From assembly GCA_963798085.1 (NCBI GenBank), contig CAWCRS010000005.1, positions 480,001-544,000 on the forward strand: a stretch of DNA of 64,000 bases, written 5' to 3'. Within the stretch, counting starts at the first letter, position 1. Every line of letters starts with the position of its first letter. The DNA is from an uncultured Gemmatimonadales bacterium (lineage in GTDB: Bacteria > Gemmatimonadota > Gemmatimonadetes > Longimicrobiales > RSA9). Positions 9,828 to 20,456 of this stretch are shown piece after piece. The notes under the pieces are model-generated. The model was not told where the DNA came from. It did not search any database and saw nothing but the letters and a program-made list of their open reading frames with translations. Both the position numbers and the translations under genes were made by a program.

Positions 9828-11882
9828 TCAGTGAAAGCCGGCCGCGCTCCAGAGTTCGGCGCTGCGGTAGAGCGACCCGCTCTTCATGACGAATTGCACG
9901 CTGCCGATGTTGGCGATGTCGCTGAGCGGATTGCCATCGAGCACGATGAGGTCGGCGCGTTTGCCGGGCTCGAGCGTGCCCACTTCGCGGTCGAGACGCA
10001 TGGCGCGCGCCGGAACCGCACTGGCCGCGCGCAGCGCATCGAGCGGCGTCATGCCGGCCGCGGCGTACAGTTGCACTTCACGATACACGCTGTAGCCGGG
10101 AATGCCTTCATTGGTGCCGGCCACAACGGGAACACCTGCCTGATAGAGCGCGCGAATGATGTGCAGTGTGCGCGCCATGCGCGCGTGCGCGGTCGCGGTG
10201 TCGATGGTGGCGGAGCCCATGGCGCCAATGCGCTGCGCCAGCACAGGCGGCAGGTGCACGAAGCCGGGTTGCAGATGGACGACCGGCTCCGCCGCCGAAT
10301 GACTGCCCAGCTCCCCCCACGAAGCGGTCGGATCGACCACCGTGCCATGCGCCTTCAACTCGGCGATGATGTGTCGCACGCTGTCGGAATCGGCTTCGCC
10401 GCGGATGGGCAGGTGCGCGATGTGGTCCATGCCCGAATCGACCGCCGCCAGCAATGTGAGCGAGGTCGGGATGTGGCCGGTCACCGTCATGTTCAGGCGA
10501 TGCGCTTCGCGGATGATCGCGCCCACGACATCCGGCTTCAGCACGGAGTAGAGCTTCATCTGCTGGAAGCCGAGGTCGTGGTAGCGGCGGACGGCGGCCC
10601 GCCCTTCATCGGGCGTCGTCGCGTTCACGGCGCCGAACGCGTTCGGGCCGCCGCCATTGATCAGGCCCGCGAGGAGGATGTGCGGGCCGAGTCCCTTCCC
10701 TGCGTTCACCGCAGCGCGCAACGGGACAATGAAGTCGATCTCGTTGCCCATGTCGCGTACCGTCGTGACGCCCGCGGCGAGGTAGACGGGCATCCACTCG
10801 ATCTGCATGAGATGCGAATGCATGTCCCAGAGTCCGGGCGCGATGGTCTTGCCGGTCGCGTCGAAGCGCTGCGCCCCGCGCGGGATGGTCACCTCCGACG
10901 CCGGTCCTGCGGCGACAATGCGACCGCCGGCGACAACCACCGTGGCATTCTGGATGGCGCCGCGCGCAGTGCCGTCAATGAGTGTGCCGCCGGTGAGTGC
11001 GACAGTGCCCGAGGCAACGGGCCTGATGCCGCCCGTGATGCTGGCGAGATCGGCAAGCCTGTCCTTCACGGACAGCGCGAACAGCTGCGGATAGAGCGGC
11101 TCCAGCTCGATGCGCACCGCTTCGAGCGAGAGGCCGCCGCCGCCCGCAGTCGAGAAGAAGGCGAGTCGTCCTGCGGCATCGAGCCACACGGACTCGCGCC
11201 CCCAGACCACGCCATTGACCATGTAGCGCTCGAGCACAAACCGTTTGCCCGCTAACGCCAGTGTATCACGGCCCCGCCAGGTGATGTTCACCTCATTGGT
11301 GGGTCCGCCGGGCACCACCGCGAGCGATGCGGGCCGGCCGTGCGCCAGCCAGTAGCGCACCAGCAGCAGGTGCTGGCTCGTGGGTGATGTGCCGGCCAGG
11401 GCAAACGCGGTGTTGGGAAGGGCGACGTGGTTCGTCTGGCCGCGCGTCGTGACGGTTGCGTCACGGCCATCGATGTCGACCTGCGTCGTCACGGTCGCGG
11501 TGGTATCGCCGAGGCGCCGCAGCTGCATGTGCGCGGGTGTGAAGTCCCCTGCCAGCTGTGCATCCCCGGCGAGGTGCGTACGCCGCCCGCGATCGTGGTA
11601 GTCGAAGTCCGCGGACCAGTGCAGCCCACCGGCGTCGGAGCGCAGCGTATACTGCTCGCGCCCGATGCGGTAGCCCACGTAATAGAGGCTCAGCGAGTCG
11701 CTGATCGCGACGGAGTCGGCGGTCGGCAACGCGGGAACCGGTGCGGCCGCAACCATGGGCGGGCGCGACGCTTGCCTGCCCGATGGGGGCGTCGCGGAGC
11801 CGGCGTCAACGCCAGGCCGGGCTGCCGCTGCCAGCAGCAGCGAGGCGGCGGTGACGCACAGCGACAACAGGCGGTGGCGCAT
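9828..11882 (-). CDS. Secreted amidohydrolase family protein
   Basis: Signal peptide; PGLWDMHSH, GVTTVRDMG, GTLEPGKRADL. Confidence 0.87.
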   Translation of the reverse strand: MRHRLLSLCVTAASLLLAAAARPGVDAGSATPPSGRQASRPPMVAAAPVPALPTADSVAISDSLSLYYVGYRIGREQYTLRSDAGGLHWSADFDYHDRGRRTHLAGDAQLAGDFTPAHMQLRRLGDTTATVTTQVDIDGRDATVTTRGQTNHVALPNTAFALAGTSPTSQHLLLVRYWLAHGRPASLAVVPGGPTNEVNITWRGRDTLALAGKRFVLERYMVNGVVWGRESVWLDAAGRLAFFSTAGGGGLSLEAVRIELEPLYPQLFALSVKDRLADLASITGGIRPVASGTVALTGGTLIDGTARGAIQNATVVVAGGRIVAAGPASEVTIPRGAQRFDATGKTIAPGLWDMHSHLMQIEWMPVYLAAGVTTVRDMGNEIDFIVPLRAAVNAGKGLGPHILLAGLINGGGPNAFGAVNATTPDEGRAAVRRYHDLGFQQMKLYSVLKPDVVGAIIREAHRLNMTVTGHIPTSLTLLAAVDSGMDHIAHLPIRGEADSDSVRHIIAELKAHGTVVDPTASWGELGSHSAAEPVVHLQPGFVHLPPVLAQRIGAMGSATIDTATAHARMARTLHIIRALYQAGVPVVAGTNEGIPGYSVYREVQLYAAAGMTPLDALRAASAVPARAMRLDREVGTLEPGKRADLIVLDGNPLSDIANIGSVQFVMKSGSLYRSAELWSAAGFH

Positions 11883-11911
11883 TGTCGACTCCCGCTGCGG
11901 GCGGCCGTGAC

Positions 11912-13585
11912 TCAATCGAAAGCGGCGCCCACCATGATGTTGCGGATGAGCAGCCAGGGCGAGCCGTGGGAAATGCTGTTGGTCTGCGTCGGCTGTCCCT
12001 TGGCGTCACCACCCGTGCCGTGCATCTGCCATTCGTCCGGGCCGGTCATGCCGTCCAGGTTGCCCCAGAAATCGGTGGTGATGGCGTTGTACGTCACGTC
12101 GGTCACCATGCGCGCGACCTTGCCGTTCTTTATCTCCCAGAACACGTGGCCGCCAAACTGGCCGTTATAGCGCTGCTGGTCGATCGAGTAGCTGCCGCGA
12201 CCATCGATCATGACGCCGTTCTTGACGTCGGCAATGAGCTGCTCGCGTGTGGGCGAGCCGGCCGGCCCCGGATCCACGTGCACGTTGGGCATGCGCAGGA
12301 ACGGGTAGTCGCGCCAGGAGTTGGCGTAGGTGCAGCCGCGGCTGAAGTCCTCGTTGAGGTAATGCGCTGTTTCCCGGTTGGTCTGCAGTCCGACGAGGAT
12401 GCCTTCGCGCACGAGCGGCCAGGTCATGGTCTTCACGCCATCATCGTCGTATCCCACCGAGCCAAGGCCGCGGTCCGTCTTGCTGGCGGTCACGTTGAAG
12501 TGCTTCGAGCCGTACTTGAGCTTGCCCAGGTCGGATAGCTTGACGAAGCTGGTGCCCGCGTAGTTCGCCTCGTAGCCGACGATGCGATCCAGTTCGGTGG
12601 CGTGGGCCACGATCTCGTGGATGGTCAGCATGGCGTGCGCCGGGCGAGAGGATCAGGTCGCGCAGCCCGCTCGAGCCGAGCGGCTTCGCCGTGCACATGT
12701 CGACGGCATCCTGCGCCACCTGCTCCGCCATGGCGTCGAGATCGGACTCCTCGGCGATTTCCCAGCCACCGGTGCCGGGCGCGCCCGGATAGTTCCGCGT
12801 GCGTGTGACATCGCCGACCTTCGCCGTCACGCTCATGTTGGGCGACGTGGTGAACAGCTCCTGTTCGATGTAGGAGCCCTCGCTGGAAGCGAAATAACGC
12901 CACTCGTAGCCGTGCGTGGCGGAGACGTTCACGCCGGTCACGCCCTTGACCGCCTTCGCCTTGTCCACAATGGCCTGCGCCCACGCCTGCTTGTCGGTCT
13001 GCGACACCGACGTGGGGTGCTTCTTCATGGGTGTGACCCAGTTCTCGACGTACGCCTGAACGGGCGTGAGCTTGAGATCGGCGCGCTTGGCAATGGCGCT
13101 GGCACGCGCGACCTCGACGGCCACGCGCGTGATGCGGCGCAGCTCATCTTCGGTGACGATCGGGACTGCTGGCGAAGCCCCAGACGCCGCTGTGAATCAC
13201 GCGCACGCCGAAGCCGGCCGCCTGTCGCTCTTCCTCGGTGGGAATGCCTTCACGGGCACCGCGGCCGCCCCGGCCGCCAAAGCCACCACCACCCCCACCA
13301 CCACGCCCGCCCCGACCGCGACCACCGCCACCCTCACCGGCAACACTGAAGTTCGCGGAGCCGCCGGGCACCGTCGGCATTGAGCGTGAAGCGCACATCG
13401 GCGTAGGTACTGCCGCCGAGCTTCGCCTCGCCCAGCACGATGTCGGCCAGTCCCTTGAATTTCGACTCGAGCACGGCGCCCTTTGGCGAGAGCGCGATCA
13501 GCTCGGCCACGAGGTCGTGCGAGTAGAGCGCCAGCGCGGTGGACACGCTGACGCCCCGGATGAAATCGCGGCGTGTTGGACTCAT
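11912..13585 (-). CDS. tldD: TldD family metalloprotease with twin-arginine signal, frameshifted
   Basis: TRRDFIRG signal; GFGVRVIHSGVWGFAS; HEIVAH zinc motif; YDDDGV, RMPN, GKGQP-like AKGQP. Confidence 0.85.
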
Positions 13586-13613
13586 GTTGATTTCCTGTTA
13601 GCGCGCGGCCCGC

Positions 13614-15057
13614 TCATGGCGGCAGAGCCGGCGAGACCGAAGTCATGTAGAACTCTTCAATGCGCACGGGCGGCACCAGCGCGGTGCCCAGGCCGTCGTA
13701 GGCTTCGCCGGTGTGAATGGGCACGGGCTTGCCGACCAGCGTCAGGTTGTTGTAGCCCACGAGCGGAGACATATTCCAGCGGAAATTCTGCACGGGCCCG
13801 ACGATCTCGCCGTTCTCGATGAGGAACAGGCCATCGCGGGTCATGCCCGTGCTGAGCAGCGGCTGCTCTTCCGACGGCACGCCGCGGATGTACCAGAAGA
13901 AGGTGACCAGCAGGCCTCGCCGCGTCTGCCGCACCATTTCCGCGATCGACAGGTTCGAGCCTTCCTGCACCAGACTCATTTGCGGCGTCGCGCCCTGATC
14001 CGGCCCGAGGCTGCGCAGGATGCCGTTCTCCACCCACGTCACTGGCCTGGCCGGCCGGTTGTCCGGCAGAATGGGCGTCTGGCGCAGGATCGGGATTACC
14101 AATGTCGCTCTTCAGCGTGAACAGATCGCTGAACAGCTTGTCGCCCGGCTTCTTCCCCTCCATGAAGCGGCCGCCCGCGCCGCCGAACACGCCCGGCGTC
14201 GCGCCACCGCCACCACCTCCACCGCCACCACCGCGTCCGCCGCCACCGGCACCGCCACGGCCGGCGATATCCGGCGGCGGGCCGTCGCCCGCAGCGCCGA
14301 AGCGGCCGCCGCCGCCGTTGGCGCCGAAGATGCCGGTCATGAGCGAGAGGAAGCGCGCGTTGGCGCGCGGCTCGAGGATGACGGTGTAGCGACCGGGCTC
14401 GATCGCGCGCGGCGAGCGGCTCCGCAATGCCTTGTTCGCGGCGACCTGCGTGAGCGCCTTCGCATCGATCATGCCGATGTCCTTGATGCCGGTGATCCCG
14501 GCCCAGCCGGAGCCACTGCCATCGGGCATGCGGCAGGTCAGCACGAAGCCGGCTTCCGCCACGCGATAGTAGGCGAAGAGTCCCTTCGAGTTCGCGGTGC
14601 ACTGCGTCTGATCGATCTTCGGGATGTAGCCGGCGCCGAGTACGCCCATGCTCTCGGCGAGATCGATGCTGTCCTTGACCATGCGTCCGCGTTCGGCCGG
14701 CCCGAAATTCACGAGGCCGGGCAGCGCGGCATCGACCGGAATGTATTCCTGCGGGCCCAGCAGCTCGGGCAGCTGATCGTTGTCCCTCGCCTGCTGCGCG
14801 TTCGCCGTCGCTTCATCCACCATCGCCTTCATGCCGGCATCACTGAAATCGCGCGTGTTCGCCGTGCCCTGCTTCTGTCCAACGCGCACGGTCACGGTCA
14901 ACTGCCGGTCGTATTGCACGAGGTTGGTGGTGATCGACGAGTTGGCCCAGCGCGTGCCCGACCGCTCGCCGCCCGTCAGCTCGACCTCGACGGCGTCCGC
15001 GGTGGCCATGTTCATGACCTTGTCGACGATCGCTTTGGCTTCTTCGCGTGTGTACAT
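13614..15057 (-). CDS. TldE/PmbA family protein, frameshift near 14100
   Basis: TRWANSSITTN, IEPGRYTVILEP, WVENG, TGMTRDGLFLIENGEI, NFRWN; no HExxH motif. Confidence 0.82.
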
Positions 15058-15201
15058 GGGGGCGAAGCGTATGGGGAGGACTCAGGGGTGTCAACAGGGG
15101 GTGCGCGGGCGCGCGGCGTCAATGTGCTGGCCGGGGTTCGGGGGTGAGGATTCGGCGGAAGACCTGCATGCAGAGGGGCGGAGCAACGGCGTAACGGATC
15201 A

Positions 15202-15956
15202 ACGGATTATTCTCACACTGAGGAACGGGGGAAGCTGAGGGGCGCTGCCGTTTCAAGGGTGGAGAGGCTGTATTGGAAGGTTGATGGTCGGGGAATTTGC
15301 GGAAGGATGGCGACGTTCGCGCCGCAGGCCGACGGCTGGTACCTGACGATGGGGGATAACGGACAACGAAATCGGTGCTGCAACTTCACAAGAACGCAGC
15401 GGGCGGTGAATCGATCTTTGCAACGTGCTGGAAGTTGTAGACGCGGCGGATGCCATCGCGCAGGTGCAGCGCGCCGAAATTGATGAGGAGCCCGACGGGG
15501 CAGTTCAGGAGGCGGAGGTAGGTCAGCAGTTGACGGCCGTGGACGGGCGCGAGTTCCGAGACTGCCTTTACCTCGACGATCACTCTGCCATCCACAACGA
15601 GGTCGGTCCTGAAGGCATTCTCGAAATGCAGTCCCTCGAACTCAAAAGTTATCGCCTTGTTGCGCTCGACGCGCAGTGCTCGCCGTTCGAGATCGCGCGC
15701 CAGAATCATCTCGTAAACCGATTCCATCACCCCGGGCCCCAGCGCCGAGTGGATCCGCAACGCCGCACCCATCACCTGACCTGTGATGTCGTTCAACTCC
15801 AGCACGCCGCAGCCCCTGAACCTGTCGTGCACAATCCGGTCATACTGAGAAATCGTCCCCGCGAAGCCTCGACGCACGCCTGCTCGAAACCACCACACCC
15901 ACCCTCCGTCCCCCGTGTCCTCCGTCCCTCCGTCAACCTCAGCGTGAAAAATCCGT
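15202..15956. mobile_element. Putative inverted-repeat-bounded cassette carrying the GxxExxY gene
   Basis: acggattattctcacactgagg (15202-15223) versus reverse complement of 15937-15956, acggatttttcacgctgagg; acggggga also recurs in both arms. Confidence 0.5.
15386..15805 (-). CDS. GxxExxY protein (PD-(D/E)XK nuclease-like, PDDEXK_3 family)
   Basis: LGPGVMESVY signature; FRTDLVVDGRVIVEVKA; QLLTYLRL; GLLINFG; start GTG 15805 inferred from typical family length. Confidence 0.93.
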   Translation of the reverse strand: MLELNDITGQVMGAALRIHSALGPGVMESVYEMILARDLERRALRVERNKAITFEFEGLHFENAFRTDLVVDGRVIVEVKAVSELAPVHGRQLLTYLRLLNCPVGLLINFGALHLRDGIRRVYNFQHVAKIDSPPAAFL

Positions 15957-15961
15957 ACGCT

Positions 15962-16044
15962 GCGTCCTCCATTGCCCGCCGCGTCCTCCAATCAAATGTG
16001 CGGGCCGGGGCGTCCTCCATTGCCCGCCGCGTCCTCCAATCAAA
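15962..16044 (+). repeat. Perfect 35-bp direct repeat, two copies, 48-bp period
   Basis: gcgtcctccattgcccgccgcgtcctccaatcaaa at 15962-15996 and 16010-16044. Confidence 0.95.
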
Positions 16045-16091
16045 ACAGCCGGCCGGGGCACCCCGATAGCTGAGCACGCCGACCTTGCCGT

Positions 16092-17864
16092 CTACCTCTC
16101 CCCGCGCGTCCTCCGTGCCCACCACTCCAGCCCGAGGAGCAGCACGAACGGGAGCAGCCACCAGGTGGATCGCATGGGATGCCACGTCACGCGCCGTGTG
16201 GTCGGCCGGATGCGCTGCGCCAGCAGTGGACGCAGTGATGCGAGTTGTGCTTCGTCCAGCGCGCGGCCTCCGTGCGCTCGCGCCCAGACGCGCACGAGGT
16301 CGCGCGCCGGCGGCGTCACGCGCGCAACATCGGAGGCGACGATGATGGGCACGGTTTCGGTGGTGCCGTTGCCGATGACGCGGACTTCGTATGTGCCGGG
16401 AGTCGCGGGTGCGCGCAGACTGCCCCGGAACTGTCCTGTCGCCGGCTCGGGCCAGAGGCGGATCGGGTGCGACGAGGCTGGACCGTCGATGGCGGCACCG
16501 ACGCTGGCGCGCAGGGCGTGATCACCGAGTGAGGCGAGTGCCGCATCGCGCACGGTTACCAGTACGTCGGTGGTCTCACCGGGCGCGAGCAGTGGCTGCG
16601 CGACGCGCGCATCGACAAGTGGCGGCGCGTCGTCGGCGGCGTCGGCGATGACTGTCTGCCAGAAAAGATCGAACGCAGCAACGGCGGGATCGCGGAACTC
16701 CCAGGCGTCGAGCGCGCCGCTGATGACGAGCCGTCCGGGACCGACCGGCGAGCGCCAGACCACGGGTCGCCGCTGCGTCGTGTCACCGGCCTGCGGCAGG
16801 CTTTCCGCCAGCACATCCGCACCCTCGGGCAGCAGTGCGGGCCACATCACCTCCGTAGCGCGCAGCCCGCCTTCGCCAGGTGCGACCCGCTGGATCGCGA
16901 TCCCGCTGCCGGCGCTCGCCGCCGCCCAGCGCGTGACCCCGGCCAGGCGTTGCCACGGCCCGGCCGCACGATGGTCGACCAGCAGCAGCACACCACCACC
17001 CCGGCTGCGCAGGAATGCATCGAGTCCGCCGACATCGGTCGGGCCCAGTGCTTCCGGCGCACCCACGACAATGGCGTCGAACAGAGCGAGTGCGAGCGGA
17101 TCACCCAGCGAAGCTGGCGGCCGGCCGGCGTCGGTGCTGACATTGTGCGACGTAACCACGCGGCTGCTCACCACGAAGCGCGCGTCCCGCTCGATCGCGC
17201 GGCGCACGAACGTCGCCATCCATGAGGGCCGCGCATCGAAGAACAGCACGGCCCACCGCTTTTCGCGCACATCGACCAGCACATCAGCCGCCGCGCCCGC
17301 CGCTTCGCCTGCGAACTCCGCGGTTACGCGGAGCATCACCGCACCGGTCGCAGTGGGCACGAACGTCAGCGGTAGATCCAGGAGTGTGTCATTGCTGGCG
17401 ACGACGCTCGTCCCGTGATCGACCAACAGCCCGCCGCTACGCAGCGTCACCTCTACTGTGCGTCCGGCGCCACCCCGGATCCTGGCACGCACCGTGACCG
17501 GGACTCGCGCATTCAGCGGCGCGCGCGCCGGCGCCTGCACCGCCTCGAGCGCAATGGTCGATGCCGGCAGTTCCGGCAGCACCGCAAAGACCGGGGCCGC
17601 CAGATCCTCCGCCGCCGCAGGAAGCCGGTCGCCCACGAGGACGCTAGCGGCCGCGCCGCTGTACGCGCCGCGCACAATCGTGTAATCACTGCTCAGCTCA
17701 CGCGCCACGCGGGCCGCCACTGCGGCGTCACTGGAGGAATCCGATTCCACGAGCGCAATCTCGGGTTGCACCCGCCTCGCCGTCGTCAGGGGCGGATCGA
17801 GCGCGGCCACCAGCGCGACGCCCACTGCGAGGACACGGACGAGCCCCACGAGGCGCCGGGTCAC
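16092..17864 (-). CDS. Membrane-anchored protein of the MoxR operon (Ig-like plus GATase-like domains, C-terminal TM)
   Basis: N-terminal TM; RPSWMATFVRRAIERD; C-terminal WWLLPFVLLLGLEWWARR. Confidence 0.65.
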   Translation of the reverse strand: MTRRLVGLVRVLAVGVALVAALDPPLTTARRVQPEIALVESDSSSDAAVAARVARELSSDYTIVRGAYSGAAASVLVGDRLPAAAEDLAAPVFAVLPELPASTIALEAVQAPARAPLNARVPVTVRARIRGGAGRTVEVTLRSGGLLVDHGTSVVASNDTLLDLPLTFVPTATGAVMLRVTAEFAGEAAGAAADVLVDVREKRWAVLFFDARPSWMATFVRRAIERDARFVVSSRVVTSHNVSTDAGRPPASLGDPLALALFDAIVVGAPEALGPTDVGGLDAFLRSRGGGVLLLVDHRAAGPWQRLAGVTRWAAASAGSGIAIQRVAPGEGGLRATEVMWPALLPEGADVLAESLPQAGDTTQRRPVVWRSPVGPGRLVISGALDAWEFRDPAVAAFDLFWQTVIADAADDAPPLVDARVAQPLLAPGETTDVLVTVRDAALASLGDHALRASVGAAIDGPASSHPIRLWPEPATGQFRGSLRAPATPGTYEVRVIGNGTTETVPIIVASDVARVTPPARDLVRVWARAHGGRALDEAQLASLRPLLAQRIRPTTRRVTWHPMRSTWWLLPFVLLLGLEWWARRTRGER

Positions 17865-17866
17865 GC

Positions 17867-18337
17867 GCGGTAGTTCCCGGGCGGGAGGACGCGGAGGGGC
17901 GTCATCCGGCTCATGTCTGCGGGCGTACAGAAACGGATCATCATCACACAGGGGACACAGGGGGCTCGGAGGGGCGCCATCCGGTGCGCGCGCGTGGGCC
18001 TGAGTACGAGTCCAGGAGGGTCACGTGGTTCAACCTGCATCGTTCCAGGGTTCAGAGGCATTGGGGATGCACAACCTGATAATCGCTTGTTATGGTTTCG
18101 CTCTGGGTCACGGGCTGTTGCATTCAGGTCCTCGCGAGCCCTGGCTCCCCGGCACGCTGTGCGCTGGGCCATGTTCCTCCGGCGCCCACGCATTGCCGTC
18201 CTCTGGCGCCAACGTGTGCTGCTGACTTGCGTACTCAGCAGCCCAGCCTGCACCCGTGCGTGGGTTCGCGCCCCTCCGAACCCCTTTGTCCCCTGTGTGA
18301 TGATGTCCGCTCTCTGCGCTCTCCCCGGTACTGCCGC
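17867..18337. repeat. Long imperfect palindromic (rod-like) intergenic element
   Basis: catcatcacacaggggacacagggggctcggaggggcgc (17939-17977) pairs with 18268-18305 (first 19 nt perfect); further inner (ctgagtacg/cgtactcag) and outer (gcggtagt/actgccgc) arms. Confidence 0.85.
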
Positions 18338-18348
18338 ATGACACGACT

Positions 18349-20456
18349 TCACCGGGAACGCGGACCGGAGCCGCCACTCTGTGTCCTCAACTCACCCTCG
18401 AGTCGACGCATCTCGAGCAGGGCGTGTATGCCGGGAGCGGGCGGCAGTCCTTGGCGCATGGCGGCGGCGAGGCTGGTGGCGGCGCTGTCGAGAAGTGCGC
18501 GCGCTTCCGTGTTTCTTGCGGCACTGATGGCGGACGCGGCGCTGCCGAGGCCTGCGGCCACGTGTTGCAGCGTCGAATCGGACGGATCGACCTGGAGCAC
18601 GGTTTCCGCGAGCTGCGCGGCGCGCGCGGCGGCGGTGCTGCCGAACTCCGCGTCACCCGCGAGTGTGGCAATGCCGGCGAGCGCGCGGCGCAGTGCGGTC
18701 ACGCGCGCGTCGCCGGCGGGTTGAATGCCGGGGCGGACGTCGCGTGTGGCGGTCGCGAGTGAGCCGGTCAGCCGCCGGGAAAGATCGAGACGCTCGCGTT
18801 CGGTGAGTGCGCGCAGAATGTAGCGCGTGTGCGAGAAGGCGCCCTGCAGATACGTCAGCGCATCGCGCTCATCTTCAGGGCCTGCTCCAGCTCGGTGGCC
18901 GTGAGGGATGTGCTCGCGCGACTCATGGCGCGGATGGCCCGGATCATCTCGACACGTCCGCGGTTGGCGAGCCGGCCGGCGGCGAGGTCCTGTTCGCCGG
19001 CGGCTTCCGCCTGCTCGTTCAGGTCGGCCATGTTCGCGGCAGCCTCGACTTCCTCCGCGACTTCGCCGCCCATCATGAAAACGAACTCCGCGCGCACCGC
19101 ACGCTGCTCGGCGGCGATCGTCAGTGCTTCGACGTTGAGCGAATCGGCCGCAAGCAATGCTGCGTGCGCGCGCAGCCGCTCGGTCTTGAGGATGACCATC
19201 TGCTGGCTGAGCGCGTAACGATCGAGGTTTTCATCGAGCGAAAAACCGGGCGCGGCAATGGCGCCGGGCGAAGTGATCTCGACAATGTACGAATCGGATT
19301 CAGCGGGCGAAGCGCCGGGCCGGTTGTCCTCCGCAATGGCGCGATACACGAGCAGGTCGCCCGGCTCGAGTTTCAGCGTATCGAGGCGCCATGTCGCGTT
19401 CGCCTTCCAGTTGCGTGCGTCCGTGCGTGACACCGTGACCGGCACCTCGCCTTCCGTGAAGGTGAAGCGCTCGTCGGCGCCCGACACCCGCGTGTAGCGC
19501 AGCCGTAGCGTGGCCAGGCCAATGTCGTCGTCTGCGTCCATGGCCAGCCGGAGTGTGCGCCGGCCGTCGGGGAAAAACAGATCGCGGCCAGGCGTATCGA
19601 CGCGCACGCGTGGCGCATCGTCGGGTGTCACTGTGATGCCGATCAGCCGGCGCACGCCCACGCGCCCTTCGGTTGTGGCCGGCTCAATGGCGAGGTAGCC
19701 GTCGGCATCGGCAATGACGACGCCAGCGAATACGCGACCTGCGTCCGCAGTGAGGGCGTGGCGGCCCGTAATGGTCTCGACCGTGACGCTGCCGGCCCGG
19801 GCTTGTACCGACAGCGAAACGCGGCTGCCGGCCAGCGCTTCAATGCGCGCGGGATCGTGCAGTGTCAGAGCGGGCCGCGCGGTGTACGCGGGCGGCGTCA
19901 CCGTAATGTCGATCGCGCTGATGACCGCGCTGTTCGCATCAGCCGCGCGTCTGTCCACCGTGCGCGCCGGCAGTGCGGCCAGGAGGAACGCGGCGCTCGT
20001 GACAACCGCGGTGCTGGCGGCCAGCCGGAGCACGGCGGGACGGGCGGGAAACAGTGAACGCGGATCCAGCTGCGCCGTGAGGCGGGCCGCTTCCCGGCAC
20101 ACGAGAGCGCCGATCCAGGGTCGCACACGGTCCGGCTGCTCGATCAGCTCCGTCGCCGTAATCAGCAGGTTGCGGCAGCCGGGCGCGCGCCGTTCCACGA
20201 GCAGGGGCACACGCGGCGCGCGGCGGATCGAAGCGACAATGCCGGTCACAGCACCGGCGACCAGAAGCGCCAGCGCACTGAGAGCCGCGGTCAGGCTGGT
20301 GGCTTCGCGCCAGCCGCCCAGTCCTGCGACCAGCCCGGCCAGCAGCGCGATCAGCAGGCCGACGGCCGCGCCCTCGGTCGCGCTGATCCACGCGAGCCGG
20401 CGCGACGCGCGGGCGAGGAACGCGCGCACGGCGGGTGCGTCAGGCCACGCGCTCAT
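18349..20456 (-). CDS. DUF4175-like membrane protein of the MoxR operon, frameshifted in the 3' part
   Basis: N-terminal TMs; ITVTPPAYT, PDDAPRV, DDDIGL, LEPGD motifs; helical C-terminus. Confidence 0.65.

Noticed and set aside
15962..16044. CRISPR array
   Set aside because: Only two repeats, a 13-nt spacer and no cas genes.
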